Shown one piece after another: positions 11,945 to 25,129 of a stretch of DNA of 64,000 nt. The notes below the pieces were generated by a model, which was given only the letters and a program-made list of their open reading frames with translations, made no database searches and was not told where the DNA came from. Origin of the DNA: Octopus vulgaris (Eukaryota); the NCBI GenBank assembly GCA_951406725.2, contig OX597818.1, positions 87,544,001-87,608,000 of the forward strand, in the 5' to 3' direction. Position 1 is the stretch's first letter, and each line of letters begins with the position of its first letter. A program made the position numbers and the translations under genes.

Positions 11945-12106
11945 CAGCGTAGCTGTGTGGTAAGAAGCTTGTTCCCCTGCTACATAGCTCCGGGCTCCGG
12001 GCTCCGTCCCATTGTGTGCCACCTTGGGTAGGTGTCTTCTACTATAAGCTCGGTCCGACCGAAGCTTTGCGAGTGGAATTAGTAGACGGAAACTGAAAAA
12101 GCCAGT

Positions 12107-12110
<4 letters not shown>
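11945..12110 (+). mobile_element. SINE family B 5' part
   Basis: GCTGTGTGGTAAGAAGCTTG...GTAGACGGAAACTGAAAAAGCC followed by (TA)n. Confidence 0.7.
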
Positions 12111-12162
<52 letters not shown>

Positions 12163-12165
<3 letters not shown>

Positions 12166-12545
12166 GTCAAAATGTCTGGAGAATATTGGAAAAATTTTTT
12201 TCCTTTCCTTAAAATGACATAATTTTAAAATTTTTAAAGAAATTACCGGTTTCGCGTGTAGCTTTTCAAATTTCTTGTGACGTTATGTTTATATTGCATG
12301 GAGCTATCGTTGTGTTTATTAACAGGAGATTTCTAAATAAGGGGAGGTAGTGAGTGATTTCTTCCGGTGTAAGGGAGATAATCGCTTAAATTTTTTTTTT
12401 CCTTTTTCCTTGTTAATTTCTCTGTGTCAGTATGTTCGGATGGTTGAGTCTGGGTTTGTACTTTTCAATGAAGAATGTTTCCTTGTTCAGTCTCATTTGT
12501 GTTGATGATCCGAAAGCACATTGGTAAAATGGGTATCTCTTAGCT
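12163..12545 (-). mobile_element. Penelope-like element 3' fragment (GIY-YIG C-terminus plus pLTR)
   Basis: The minus frame reads YPFYQCAFGSSTQMRLNKETFFIEKYKPRLN (E..I..P.LN end of GIY-YIG), followed by an HHR and (TA)n. Confidence 0.7.
12241..12272 (-). ncRNA. minimal hammerhead with U3-A8 core variant
   Basis: Minus strand: AAT-TTGAAAA-GC(tacac)GC-GAAA-CCGG-TA-ATT. Confidence 0.6.
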
Positions 12546-12642
12546 ACCCTAAATTATAATTTTAATAATAATTATTACCTTTTAAGGTATTTATTCCCAT
12601 GCTGTCCACTTGGTAAGTTCGATATTTAAATAACGATCTGAT

Positions 12643-12695
<53 letters not shown>

Positions 12696-12807
12696 AAGGA
12701 ACACTTCGTCGGTTACAACGACGAGGGTCCCAGCTGATACGATCAACGGAACAGCCTGCTCGTGAAATAAACGAGCAAGTGGCTGAGCAATCCACAGACA
12801 CGTGTAT

Positions 12808-13760
12808 CTTTTGAATTTCTACCATTTTGGGGGTTTCCTGGTATCTGAGCTAGGTAACAATCAGCCCCTTTTGCTATCATTCCTAGGGTACCTATGACAA
12901 CAGGTAATGTTTTATCTTCAGGTTCCACATTTTGCTCATTTCTGTTTCAAGATCTTTATACTTGCTCAGTTTTTGGTAGGTCTTGACAAATACGTTTATA
13001 TTGATTGGGACAGTCATATCAATAAGGAAGCATGATTTTTGTCTGAAGTCTTTCAATATAATGTCAGGCCTATTTGCATCTATCTTTTTATCAGTTAGAA
13101 TGGTGAAATTCCAGAGGAGTGAGATGTGATCATATTCAAGCACTAGAGGTGGTTTGTGTTCCCAGCAGTTTTTATCATGGAACAGGTCCAGGTCTTTGCA
13201 AATAACCCAGTGAATATATTGTGCAGTTCTATCATGCCTGTTGAGATACTCGTAGGCGCAAGAAGACTGCACATGGAGACAACATGATCAATGGTTTCAT
13301 TTTGTTGTTGACGGTGTTAAAGGTAGCGAGCTGGCAGAAACATTAGCACGCCTGGCGAAATGCGTAGCTGTATTTCGTCTGCCGTTACGTTCTGAGTTCA
13401 AATTCCGCCGAGGTCGACTTTGCCTTTCATCCTTTCGGGGTCGATAAATTAAGTACCAGTTACGCACTGGGATCGATATAATCGACTTAATCCGTTTGTA
13501 TGTCCTTGTGTGTCCTCTCTGTGTGTAGCCCCTTGTGGGTAGTAGAGAAATAGGTTTCATTTTGTTGTTGACATACACGACATGTTGGGAAAGCCACCGT
13601 TCTTTAATATGTTGGCCTGGTAGTTTCTTGTAAGTAAGCATTGATCTTGGGATGCTATGATAAACCCTCCTGTTTCAGATTTTAAGCCACAAGCCATTAA
13701 CCATTAATGAGTAAGGGCTTTGTCAACATCGGCATTATTAGCTCTCTTTGGGTATTTGTT
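12808..13760 (-). mobile_element. RLE-type non-LTR retrotransposon (R4/Dong-like) 3' fragment, interrupted by a SINE
   Basis: YLNRHDRTAQYIHW, ANRPDIILKD, LIDMTVP and KLSKYKDL (RHD and PD..D endonuclease motifs); bordered by (TTA)n. Confidence 0.85.
13319..13552 (+). mobile_element. SINE family A with 20-bp target-site duplication
   Basis: GGTTTCATTTTGTTGTTGAC occurs at 13293-13312 and 13553-13572. Confidence 0.88.
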
Positions 13761-13761
13761 G

Positions 13762-13830
<69 letters not shown>

Positions 13831-14086
13831 GTGTTATTATTATTCTACCGATCGCATTACCCGATTGGTAGAGGGAAGTGAATACCTGACGACATTTTTG
13901 GTGCCAGACTCAAAAAGTTTTTTTTTCTTGACTCAGGTCTGCAGCTATGTGGGTTAACTGTGTCGAAAATGTATGTCTAAATAAATGGAAAAATTATCCA
14001 AATAAAACTTACTCGAAAATAAATCAGAACGGCGGGACTGAACATATAGAAACAGTCCGTATTATAACATATGCCCTAAGAATGAT

Positions 14087-14162
<76 letters not shown>

Positions 14163-14244
14163 CACACACATACATATACACATACTCAAAAATAAAAATA
14201 CGCCAGAAAGACTTGGGTGAAACTTTACACAGGCATAATAATAA

Positions 14245-14715
14245 GAAGCTCGCTTTGCAGCCAATGTTGTTTCGGGTTCATTCCCACTGCGTGGCAACTT
14301 GGACAAGTGTCTTCAGCTGTCGTTCCGTGTCAACCAATGCCTAGTGAGTGAATGTGGTAAATGGAAGATGTGTGAGAGACCATCGTATATACATATTGAC
14401 GCGCGTGCGTTCACCCTCATCGCCCACACATTCAGTAGATCGATAGGTAAATATATATGCATGTGTGTGTTTGTGTGTGTGCCTGTATGTATAACGTGTA
14501 TTTGTGTTTGTATTTATCCCCACCGCCATCGTTTGATAACCGGTGTTGGCCTGTTTACGTCCTTGTAACCTAGCGATTCAGCCAAAGAAACCCGATATAA
14601 TAAGTATCATGCTTTAAAAAAAAAATAAAGTATTGATGATGATTTGTTTGACTAAACAGTTCAAGGCGGTGCTCCAGCATGGTCGCTGTCCAATAACTGA
14701 AACAAGTAAAAGATT
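14245..14715 (+). mobile_element. SINE family B (diverged)
   Basis: Family B head, internal microsatellite and GGTGCTCCAGCATGG...CTGAAACAAGTAAAAG tail. Confidence 0.7.
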
Positions 14716-14740
14716 TAATAAAGATAGATGACGCATATTT

Positions 14741-14859
14741 GCTTACGGCTATATCACTTTGAAAGCACCGGTTCTCGTCCGATCACCGAAATTAAGCAAC
14801 GTCGAGCCTAGCTAGTACTTGAATGGGTGACCGCTTGGGACACCTTGGTGCTGTAAGCG
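14741..14859 (+). rRNA. 5S rRNA: 5S rRNA, solitary dispersed copy (probably pseudogene)
   Basis: GCTTACGGCTATATCAC...CCGGTTCTCGTCCGATCACCGAA..TAAGCAACGTCGAGCC..TAGTACTTGAATGGGTGACCGCTTGGGA..GGTGCTGTAAGC. The ends pair (GCTTACGGC/GCTGTAAGC) and a T5 run follows. There are substitutions in box A/C and no tandem array. Confidence 0.9.
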
Positions 14860-14873
14860 TCACACATTTTTAT

Positions 14874-15035
14874 AGGCGCAGGAGTGGCTGTGTGGTAAGT
14901 AGCTTGCTAACCAACCACATGGTTCCGGGTTCAGTCCCACTGCGTAGCACCTTGGGCAAGTGTCTTCTACTTTAGCCCCGGGCCGACCAAAACCTTGTGA
15001 GTGGATTTGGTAGACGGAAACTGAAAGAAGCCCGT

Positions 15036-15098
<63 letters not shown>

Positions 15099-15779
15099 AT
15101 TTAGAGGGCAAGCCACTATGTGGTCGGCCGTATGCTAGAAGTAGATCACCTACGATCAAACTACAAAGAAAAGAATGTTCTCTAGAGGAAAATTCAGCGG
15201 ACACCAGAACGAAAATGCGGGCAAGACAGATGAATATTAGTTTGATCGTAGGTGATCTACTTCTAGCATACGGCCGACCACATAGTAGCTTGCCCTCCAA
15301 ATATACACATGTATTAGAATTTTCTCTGATTTTTCAGATTTTTGTATGCTAGGCTACTGGTCTTAAATTGATGTTAATTAAATTAATATTCAATTTATCA
15401 CAGGAGTGGCTGTGTGGTAAGTAGCTTGCTAACCAACCACATGGTTCCGGGTTCAGTCCCACTGCGTGGCATCTTGGGCAAGTGTCTTCTACTATAGCCC
15501 CGGGCCGACCAAAGCCTTGTGAGTGGATATGGTAGACGGAAACTGAAAGAAGCCCGTCGTATATATGTATATATATGTATGTGTGTGTATGTTTGTGTGT
15601 CTGTGTTTGTCCCCCTAGCATTGCTTGACAACCGATGCTGGTGTGTTTATGTCCCCGTCACTTAGCGGTTCGGCAAAAGAGACCGATAGAATAAGTACTG
15701 GGCTTACAAAGAATAAGTCCCGGGGTCGATTTGCGGTGCTCCAGCATGGCCACAGTCGAATGACTGAAACAAGTAAAAA

Positions 15780-15870
<91 letters not shown>

Positions 15871-16098
15871 CGTGCGTGTGTATATGTTTGTGTGTCTGTG
15901 TTTGTGCCCCAACATCGTTTGACAACCGATGCTGGTGTGTTCATGTCCTCGTAACTTAGCGGTTCGGTAGAAAACGATAGAATAAGTACTTGGCTTACAA
16001 AGAATAAGTCCTGGGGTCGATTTCTTCGACTAAAGGCGGTGCTCCAGCATGGCCGCAGTCAAATGACTGAAGCAAGTAAAAGAGTAAAAGAGTAAAAG
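14874..16098 (+). mobile_element. cluster of SINE family B copies (14874-15040, 15401-15780, second tail to 16098) with an embedded fold-back fragment
   Basis: Head GGCGCAGGAGTGGCTGTGTGGTAAG...GGTTCAGTCCC; CCTTGGGCAAGTGTCTT core; internal (TA)n(GT)n; GAGTAAAA repeat tail. Confidence 0.85.
15098..15400. repeat. fold-back copy of the 5445-5672 repeat (IR arms about 15098-15163 and 15238-15308)
   Basis: The inverted segment is joined to a forward segment of the same family. Confidence 0.75.
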
Positions 16099-16964
16099 GG
16101 TATATAAGGAAAGTATCAGCAGTAGGCAATATCACTCGGAGAATACAATGCATCAAAGGTCAACACAATAGAACATAACAAAACCTAACACTGAGCGTAC
16201 CCAGGGTACCTAGAGCTGTACTTGGCTGTGTACTGAAAGCATGTATAATAAATAAGACTACTGAGGGGGAAAAATTAATAATAATGTCACCATTAACAAC
16301 ACCGTTGTAGAAAAATCTAAAATGTGATGAAGAAGCTTAAAGCGCGAGAAAAGGAAGAAAATACCTTAAAAAGAATTTAAATGGATAAATATAATTGAAA
16401 GAAAAACCGACCCTTCCTTTTCCAGAAGTCAGAAGAAAAATTATAAAAAGGAAGAAGGAAAGCGAATAGTGAACAAACGAAAATAAATAAAATGTGTATC
16501 TGCGCCATTTTCTTAGACTACCAGGTGCCATATTTCGCTGAGTTGTTTCTTTGAAGATGCTATTAAAATAATATTGGAGATAACAAAAATAACGACTAGA
16601 ATGACAACAGTAGCAACAGCAGCAATAACAACAATAACAACGGCAACGATGTTGAGGATGAAGATGATGATGACAACAACAATGGCGATGACGACGACGA
16701 CTACAGCAACAATGAGTATGGCGGCGGCGACGACGGAAACCGACGATGACGACGACGCTGACGCTGGCGTTAAACAACAGCAGCAAAACTCTGCATATAG
16801 CAGCAGTGGCAGCAACAACAACAACAACAACAACAATGACATTTGCGGTAACAAAGATGAGAGTGACGTCAGCATAACAGCAACATAAAAAAAATAGCAG
16901 TAATTAGAAGGACGATGACGACGATCACGACGATCACAATAACAACGACAACAACAACAGGATG

Positions 16965-17152
16965 TGGAGGCGCAATGGCCCAGTAGTTAGGGCAGCGGAC
17001 TCGCGGTCGTAAGAACGAGGTTTCGATTCCCAGACCGGGCATTGCGAGTGTTTATTAAGCAAAAACACCTAAGCTCCACGAGGCTCCGGCGGGGGTTGGT
17101 GGTGAACCCCGCTGTTCTTTTTCACCACAACTTTCTCTCACTCTTTCTTCCT
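16965..17152 (+). mobile_element. tRNA-derived SINE (family D), 5' part
   Basis: GGAGGCGCAATGGCCCAGTAGTTAGGGCAGCGGACTCGCGGTC...GGTTTCGATTCCC is a tRNA-like head. Confidence 0.6.
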
Positions 17153-17708
17153 ACTTCTTCCACAAAGCATGGTGTAACCGACTATGGTGTGGTAAACTTT
17201 CAGACCCTAGTCTAGATTGCGAATCCTCTGCACTCCCATGATGGTTCAGCTCTCCACCCGTTAAAAGCCACCGTTTACGGAATGAGGATAACAACGTAGC
17301 ATTCGCACCCATGGAAGCGCCAGTCTATCGCGTGTGGTGGGTCGATCTTCAAGTTGCTACACGCATTCTTAGTAGCTTAGAGTAGGCTCGAATTAGAGAT
17401 TATTGTTTGTGGCTAATGGCGTGAGTCCTGATTGGAAGAAGAAGAAGAAGAAGAAGAAGACAACAACAGGACCAGGATAGAAAACGTACTGTGAAGGAAG
17501 CAACGATGACGAAGACAATAGCAACATGCTTAGCAGCATTTCGTCAGTCTTCATGTTCAGTGTTCAAATTCCGCCGAGGTCGACTTTGCTTTTCATCCTT
17601 TCGGGGTCAAAAAATTAAGTACCAGTGAAACACTTGGGTCGATATAATCGACTAGTTCCCTCCCGCAAAATTTCAGGCCTTGTGCCTACCGTGGAAATGT
17701 TTTTTTTT

Positions 17709-17742
<34 letters not shown>

Positions 17743-17783
17743 CCACCACCACCACCACCACCACCACCACCACCACCACCACC

Positions 17784-17844
<61 letters not shown>

Positions 17845-17899
17845 CCACCACCACCACCACCACCACCACCACCACCACCACCATCACCATCACCATCAC

Positions 17900-17984
<85 letters not shown>

Positions 17985-17988
<4 letters not shown>

Positions 17989-18512
17989 TTATTGTCTTTG
18001 CACAGCTTCTAACGTTAGAGATGTACTACGGTGTCAGCTGTTCACTACCAGTGAACTGAGGTAATACCCCTTATTTTTAGAGCACTATACAGAGTATTCG
18101 AGCAGTTCCAAGTAGTGCTGTTTTCTGCAAGTGCTCCAGCCTTATTGCAACCCTATTTGATCCATGTACTTCTCAAGATTTTTACTCACTGTTCCCAAGG
18201 CTCCAACAATTATTGGTACTACTACCACCTTTTTCATCGACCACAACTGCTTAACCTCCCAAGCTAACCTATCATATTTATCGACTTTACTTTCTTCCTT
18301 AACGCATACCTCATTGTCAGCTGGGCATGCTATATCTATGATCCAACATCGTTTGCTTTATATCTCAATTAACTCTATGTTTGGTTTTATATTTTCCATC
18401 TCACGGTCGCACTGAATCATAAAATCCCATAGGATCTTTACATGATCATTTTCGATGATGCTTTCGGGCTTATGTTCGTACCACGTTTTTGCTCTGTCAA
18501 GCCCATACTTTG

Positions 18513-18513
<1 letters not shown>
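17985..18513 (-). mobile_element. RLE-type LINE (R4/Dong-like) 3' end
   Basis: WYEHKPESIIENDHVKILWDFMIQCDRE..KP, IIDIACPAD and VVPIIVGALG motifs; (TAA)n on both sides. Confidence 0.85.
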
Positions 18514-18588
<75 letters not shown>

Positions 18589-18629
18589 CATCATCATCAT
18601 CATCATCATCATTATTATTATTATTACCA

Positions 18630-19113
18630 GTAGTATATTTTTTATATCGTGCTTTCACTTCACTACCGAGCGCAGCTCTGTGTGCCTTGGGTATGTGCTG
18701 TGATATGTTGTGATGCTCTGATGGTTATTGTATGGAAAGTGTTCTGCGTAGGATGTGTGCAGTGCTTAGTAGTGCAATTTTCTGTATGTTATATGTGTTT
18801 GTAAGTCCTTGTGTTTTTGTTATGTATTTGTCTGAATATTTTTTTATCATGCCTAATGCACCTATTATGATAGAAATTGTTTCTGTTTTTAGATTCCACA
18901 TTCTGGTTACCTCTATTTCCAGGTCTTTGTATTTTGAAAGTTTCTCCATTTCTTTTAGAGACACGTTGTCATCCGCTGGTATTGATACATGAATTAGAAA
19001 ACATTTTTTTTCTTCATGATCTCTGACAACTATATCTGGTCTGTTGGCCTTAATTTCTCTATCTGTGTGTATTGGCATATCCCAGAGTATGGTTGCTTTC
19101 TCGTTTTCTGTGA
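18630..19113 (-). mobile_element. RLE-type LINE (R4/Dong-like) 3' end
   Basis: IKANRPDIVVRD, EKLSKYKDLEIE and IIGALG..HILRRTLSIQ* motifs; (TAA)n on both sides. Confidence 0.88.
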
Positions 19114-19125
19114 CCTTATTATTAC

Positions 19126-19244
<119 letters not shown>

Positions 19245-19247
19245 TAT

Positions 19248-20462
19248 TATTGTCATTTACTTTTAATCTGCATGTTTGATGCAATCACTTGCCGGGGCAC
19301 ACCCAGCGCCCTAGGGCAAGTGAAGGTTAAGAGTTGTTGAAATATAGCTGAAAGCTAGGGGAGGGGAAGTTGAGAAATATCTCCATGTAATACAAACACA
19401 AACATTTACATTGATAGGGTTTTTCTAAGGATGTGGGCAGTAATTGTTAGCACAATCTTTTGGATTTCCTTGAGACATGGTTCTCCAGGGATATTGTCTA
19501 GGTGTTTCTGACATCCGTTTTTTATCATACCTAGGGCACCTACAATAACAGGAACAGTTTTTGTTTTAAGATTCCACATTTTGTGTATTTCGATTTCCAG
19601 GTCCTTATATTTACTAAGTTTGTCAAATTCCTTTACAGATACATTTTTATCAGTGGGGACGCTGACCTCTATTAGTCTGCAGGTATTTTCTTCCCTGTCT
19701 TTAACAATTATGTCTGGTCGATTAGCCTTGATTGTTCTGTCAGTGTTGACTGGAAAATCCCAGAGGATGGTGACATTTTTACCTTCAACAACTGGCTGAG
19801 GATGGTGTTCATACCAGTTAGCAGGAGTGCCGAATTTGTAGTGTTTACATATCTTCCAATGTATATACTGTCCTACCCTATCGTGGCGATTTTTGTATTC
19901 GTTTGGTGTCAGCACAGGACATCCCGAAACGAGATGGTCTATTGTTTCGTCAAATGTGTCGCAGAATCTGCATTTAGGGCCAGTACCGTTTCGGAGAACG
20001 TTAGCCTGGTAATTTCTGGTAAACAAGCTTTGATCTTGTGCTGCCAGTATGAAGCCTTCAGTCTCTGCTATCAATCCAGAACTCTTCAGCCACTGATGGG
20101 TTGTTGCTTGGTCTACATCAGCATTTTGGCTTCGGAGAATATATTGTCCATGCAGGGGCTTCTGGCTCCACCGCCTCTCAATTTGATTCTGCCCGTTCTT
20201 TTTTGCAGTCTGCTTGATTCGTTTTGCTTGCTTGGTAGCAGTGGTTTCCGGCTCTTCATTCAAGGTTAATGTCTAGTTCCCTTTCGAACGTATAAGCTTC
20301 CTTGACAATAGAATGCAGCTTTTTGCTGCTTTCGTGTTCGCACACAAGTCGCAGCATCCAGTCCTTTGTACTAGATAGGTACCTGTTCATTCCTACAGTA
20401 GAGGTCTTATAGCACAGCTCTAATTGCATCATTCCTCTCCCCCCGCTGCTTCTAGGTAGGTA
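19248..20462 (-). mobile_element. RLE-type LINE (R4/Dong-like) 3' portion with open zinc knuckle plus endonuclease frame (19406-20263)
   Basis: CRFCDTFDETIDHLVSGC (CCHC), RHD, NRPDIIVKD, EVSVP and KLSKY motifs; upstream LPRSSGGRGM; (TAA)n on both sides. Confidence 0.92.
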
Positions 20463-20467
20463 TAATA

Positions 20468-20590
<123 letters not shown>

Positions 20591-20921
20591 GAGTGAGAGA
20601 GCAGTTCATGCCATCAAAGTGACACTGGGGTAAAATATACGAAGCCCAATATACCCATCATGACTACCCGTCTGATAAAGGTACACCAGGCACATGCATC
20701 ACAACCATATGTGCGCGACATGGTGATCTCATATCAAGATAAACAGCACATGACCTTGCAGGTGGGGCCCAGTTAGAATTTTCTTCAGGTCGAGTAGCCC
20801 ATCCCGCTCAAACGGTCCCTGAATAAGGGTTGTTTAAGGATGTTGAAAGAACCACCCATGTTTCCAGAGGTGAACTATTCAAACCCCAAAGAATCCCTCT
20901 CAACACATGGCTATGATGCTC
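20591..20921 (+). mobile_element. non-coding (TAA)n-embedded repeat, partial copy
   Basis: Homologous to the reverse complement of 48280-48604; both copies are flanked by (TAA)n/(TTA)n. Confidence 0.75.
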
Positions 20922-21075
<154 letters not shown>

Positions 21076-21539
21076 GGCGGCAAGTTGGCAGAATCGCTAG
21101 CACGCCGCACAAAATTCTTCGCAGCGTTTCGTCTGTCGCTACGTTCTGAGTTCAAATCCCGCCGAGATCCACTTTGCCTTTCATTCTTCTTTCGGGGTCG
21201 ATAAAATAAGTACTAGTTGAACAGTGGGGATCAATGTAATCGACTTAGCTCCTCCCACGAACTTGCTGGACTTGCGCGGAAGTTTGAAGCCATCATTAAT
21301 GCTGACGATGAGTGCATGCAAAAACAACAACCACAACAACACTAATAACAACGGTAAAAATAACATATTTTGAGTCAAGGTGCATCGTCGACAACGAATA
21401 CAACCACAAACAACAATAATTATTGGGGCGGAAGTGATGATGGAAACAAACCGGAAAGAATGATCATCATTTCCATCATCAGCGTCATCATCGTCATCAT
21501 TATCGTCATCGTCCTCATCCTCCTCATTATCATCGGCAC

Positions 21540-21575
<36 letters not shown>

Positions 21576-22896
21576 TATCATCATCACCACCACCACCACC
21601 AACACCACCACCACCACCAACATCATCATCATCATCATCATCATTGTTTTTGATTATGCTCAAATAAATATTGTACGTTGTAGTAACAGTACTGTTTCAA
21701 AATGTGCATACATGTATGTATGTATGTATGTATGTATGTATGTATGTATGTATGTATGTATGTATGTATGTATGTATGTATGTATGTATGTATGTATATG
21801 TGCGCGTGTACGTGTGTGCGTGCATGTAAGTACTTAAATTAGAAATAATAATTTGAGGTTGTACACAGAAAGAAAAGCTGGTCAAGGAAATCAGGAAAAA
21901 CTGTTGTAATAAAAGATTTACTTCATTAAGTATGACACTGTATGTTCAGAAAAACCTAGAAGGATATGTTATTACAGCCATGTTCACAAACAGACTCAAT
22001 GAAGGAGCATCTAAATTATATTCAGTAATATATAATGCACTGTGCAGTGTATATATACAATGTATGAAATGTAAATTATGGATAAGTGCTGCAAATATGT
22101 GTCATCATAAAAAATTGCAAGATATTTCATACGGTAACTCACTTATACTAACCACAGAAAATATATGCATTGAACATATATTGAATAAAATTTGTATATC
22201 GTGATGTGAAGAGCTATAGGTTTATATGTCAAAATGAAACTGATATTACATGTGTATACAAAATATGCATAATTATTCTACATTGACAGAATATGATATT
22301 TTTTGAAAATGAAGTTTGATCATAACCTATCCTTGTAACATAGGATGCGTTATAGAACGTCTTTATCAAGTATGCGGAAAGTCTGTCAATGCAGTTATTT
22401 ATTATCAAATTCCAAAATATTTGATTAAAAATATCATAATTTTTGACGATGCAGCTATAATAGTATAATGTAATTTGCGTTTCATAAGTTTCTAAAAATA
22501 AAAAATTCATAATTTTCCATATTTAAGGAGAGTCCTCACAAGTTCTTATTTACATGAAATTCATCGCTGGTATTAAAAAGGTTTCCTGCTATTGGCATTG
22601 ATAAAGGCTCCCCCCGTTAGCTTAAAGTAGTATCTAAGTTTGTTTAGTAATGTTTTAATATTAAAAAAAATATAAGTTGATATGTATATACAGAGACATA
22701 CATCCACACACATACACACACAAACACACACATACATATATAATACATACATACATACTCATACTATATAGAAATAAATATACTAATATACATATATACA
22801 CACACTTATAACTTCTTATACATTATAGATGTTAATATATATACATATGCATATACATACATACACAAAAACGCATATATGCATATATATATATAT

Positions 22897-22943
<47 letters not shown>

Positions 22944-22952
22944 CACACACAT

Positions 22953-22985
<33 letters not shown>

Positions 22986-23025
22986 CACACACATATATAT
23001 ATATATATATACATACACACACACA

Positions 23026-23060
<35 letters not shown>

Positions 23061-23314
23061 TGTGGCCCTAGATTCCATATCTATGTCTAGAATCTGTTTT
23101 TTATTTCTCACCTTTAACACTCATACACAAATCATACGCATACACGGGATACATAGATGCACACAGACACGCACAAATATATTTTTTTATATTGGATAAT
23201 AATGCGTATAGATAAATTGGTAGATAAATGGAAGGAGATATAGCACACGCATACACACACATACACACACACATATACATGTATCAATGTATATATTTAT
23301 ATATATGTATATAA

Positions 23315-23378
<64 letters not shown>

Positions 23379-23383
23379 ATAGG

Positions 23384-23416
<33 letters not shown>

Positions 23417-23759
23417 TGAGAGAGGTAGATATATGTATATATATATGTATGTATGTATCTATTTATCCACATGCATATGTGTATGTGTGTGTGTGTGTGT
23501 ATGTGTGTGTGTGTATGTGTCTGTTGAAATTGGCTTATTCAAATTGTCATTTAAGTTCTAATTTGATTTCGTGAAATTTACACATGCATAGACATAGACA
23601 CGCGCACGCACACACACATGCACACACAAACACGCACACACAGACACATGCATTCACACACATACGCACATATGCATATATATATATATATATAAAATAT
23701 ATATGTACATATATATATATGCATATGTATATGTGTGTATATATTTGTATATACATACA

Positions 23760-23855
<96 letters not shown>

Positions 23856-23992
23856 CGTGTGTGTGTATGTGTGTGTGTGTGTATACATTTATAAACATAC
23901 ATATACACACATGCGTGCACGAGCACAAACACATACATATCTAATCGCAGACATTTGCACAAATACATGCATACATACATACATATATACAA

Positions 23993-24222
23993 AGGCGGCG
24001 AGCTGGTAGAAACGTTAGCACGCCGGGCGAAATTCGTAGCCGTATTTCGTCTGTCGTTACGTTCCGAGTTCAAATTCCGCCGAGGTCGACTTTGCCTTTC
24101 ATCCTTTCGGGGTCGATAAATTAAGTACCAGTTACGCACTGGGGTCGATGTAGTCGACTTAATCCCTTTGTCTGTCCTTGTTTGTCCCCTCTGTGTTTAG
24201 CCCCTTGTGGGTAGTAAAGAAA
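23993..24222 (+). mobile_element. SINE family A, full-length
   Basis: GGCGGCGAGCTGGTAGAAACG...GTGGGTAGTAAAGAAATA. Confidence 0.88.
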
Positions 24223-24605
24223 TATATATACATATATACAAGCCCGTATACAACCATAGAAACATCTATACACACATAGAGGCATACATACATATATATA
24301 TATGCTTGTCTTTGTGCGCATATATATATATATGTGTGTGTGAGTGTGTGTGTATGTACTGCGTATGTGTTTGTTGATGTTTGCGTTTGTAAATACACAC
24401 ACATATGCATACATACAACTATACACGCATAAACACACACACACAAGACACACATATATCCATTTATATACATACATATATTCATACACGCACACATATA
24501 TATGTATGTATATATATATATACATATATATATGTGTGTGTGTATGTATATATATACATACATACATACATATACACATACATACATACACACATACATA
24601 CACAA

Positions 24606-24640
<35 letters not shown>

Positions 24641-24960
24641 TATATATATACCTTATATAAACATTCAAACATTTAAATATTTAAGTCCATATAGATAAAG
24701 CAAGCTAAACTACCGTTTGGCATGATATACTGGTAATGCACATATTGACGTAATATTACGAATGTGTGTGTGTGTGTGTGTCTCAATGTGTTTGTGTGTG
24801 CGCGTGTGCTGAAGGAAGCTTTTGAAAACTGTTGAAATAAACATCATTAATTTGATTAGTCTGTTCCAATTTTTGATAGTGTGAAATATCGATATTGAAT
24901 GTCATTTCATTTAACCTCTGTTTGGATATAACCACCATAGAATGAGTCTGTTACGCGTTG

Positions 24961-24991
<31 letters not shown>

Positions 24992-24993
24992 AA

Positions 24994-25071
<78 letters not shown>

Positions 25072-25082
25072 GTCTATCTATC

Positions 25083-25128
<46 letters not shown>

Positions 25129-25129
<1 letters not shown>

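Noticed and set aside
16574-16888. Low-complexity T/M/D/N-rich ORF
   Set aside because: It is a degenerate trinucleotide repeat that is open in several frames on both strands.
16965-17040. Possible tRNA gene (also heads at 6835-6908 and 14874-14945)
   Set aside because: The acceptor stems do not close and each head continues into a repeat body, so these are SINE heads.
21932-22204. 90-aa ORF with IQCMKCKLW (PHD-like)
   Set aside because: The remaining zinc ligands are not properly spaced and there is no supporting context; it may be a decayed transposon piece.
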